This document shows positions 24,259 to 24,305 of a DNA stretch of 24,305 bases, one piece after another. The DNA is taken from positions 1-24,305 of IMG/VR virus record IMGVR_UViG_3300038365_000070. One strand, given 5' to 3'. Both the position numbers and the translations under genes were made by a program. Numbering within the stretch: position 1 is the stretch's first letter; each line of letters starts with the position of its first letter. Under the pieces are notes generated by a model. The model ran no database searches. It was not told where the DNA came from and saw only the letters and a list, made by a program, of their open reading frames with translations. The DNA is from a virus (Duplodnaviria > Caudoviricetes).

Positions 24259-24305
24259 TTAACTCCTTTCGATTGCTGGAAGAATGCCATCTTTTTTAAG
24301 CGTGT
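24259..24305 (-). CDS. 3' end of an upstream gene, possibly a KilAC-type antirepressor
   Basis: Reads ...TLKKDGILPAIERS*, resembling the LK..GILP.IE C-terminus of Firmicute phage antirepressors. Only 14 codons are visible. Confidence 0.45.
   Translation of the reverse strand, partial: TLKKDGILPAIERS

Larger units (their letters stand above)
1..24305 (-). mobile_element. Temperate phage/prophage segment with contractile tail (PBSX/phiCD-like); both ends extend beyond the window
   Basis: Unbroken co-oriented order: rusA, late activator, terminase, portal, head, neck, sheath, tube, tape measure, baseplate, fibres, lysin. Firmicute-type AGGAGG RBSs and many coupled stop/start overlaps. No att site or integrase in the window. 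Confidence 0.97.

Overview
The window is a continuous segment of a Firmicutes (probably Clostridia) temperate myovirus or prophage with a PBSX/phiCD-type contractile tail, almost all on the minus strand. Read right to left: the 3' end of a probable antirepressor, rusA, an opposite-strand DUF4393/Abi-alpha-like moron, an ArpU/RinA-like late activator, a ~450-nt structured non-coding leader, then terS/terL, portal, head genes, neck, sheath/tube/chaperone/tape measure, baseplate, tail fibres, XkdW/XkdX-like genes and the 5' part of a GH25 endolysin. Most notable: (1) two tandem paralogous glycine-rich fibre-tip genes, the second frameshifted OFF by a G10 tract in codons 12-15 (G9 restores a 224-aa protein matching its paralog), a candidate phase-variable host-range switch; (2) a late-operon leader with three GNRA-capped hairpins, an H-type pseudoknot, exposed anti-Shine-Dalgarno motifs and a terminator, a candidate undescribed ncRNA or antiterminator; (3) an XkdR-like spike fused to a CwlT-like muramidase + NlpC/P60 hydrolase. 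All family calls come from motif recognition by eye, and no database searches were run.
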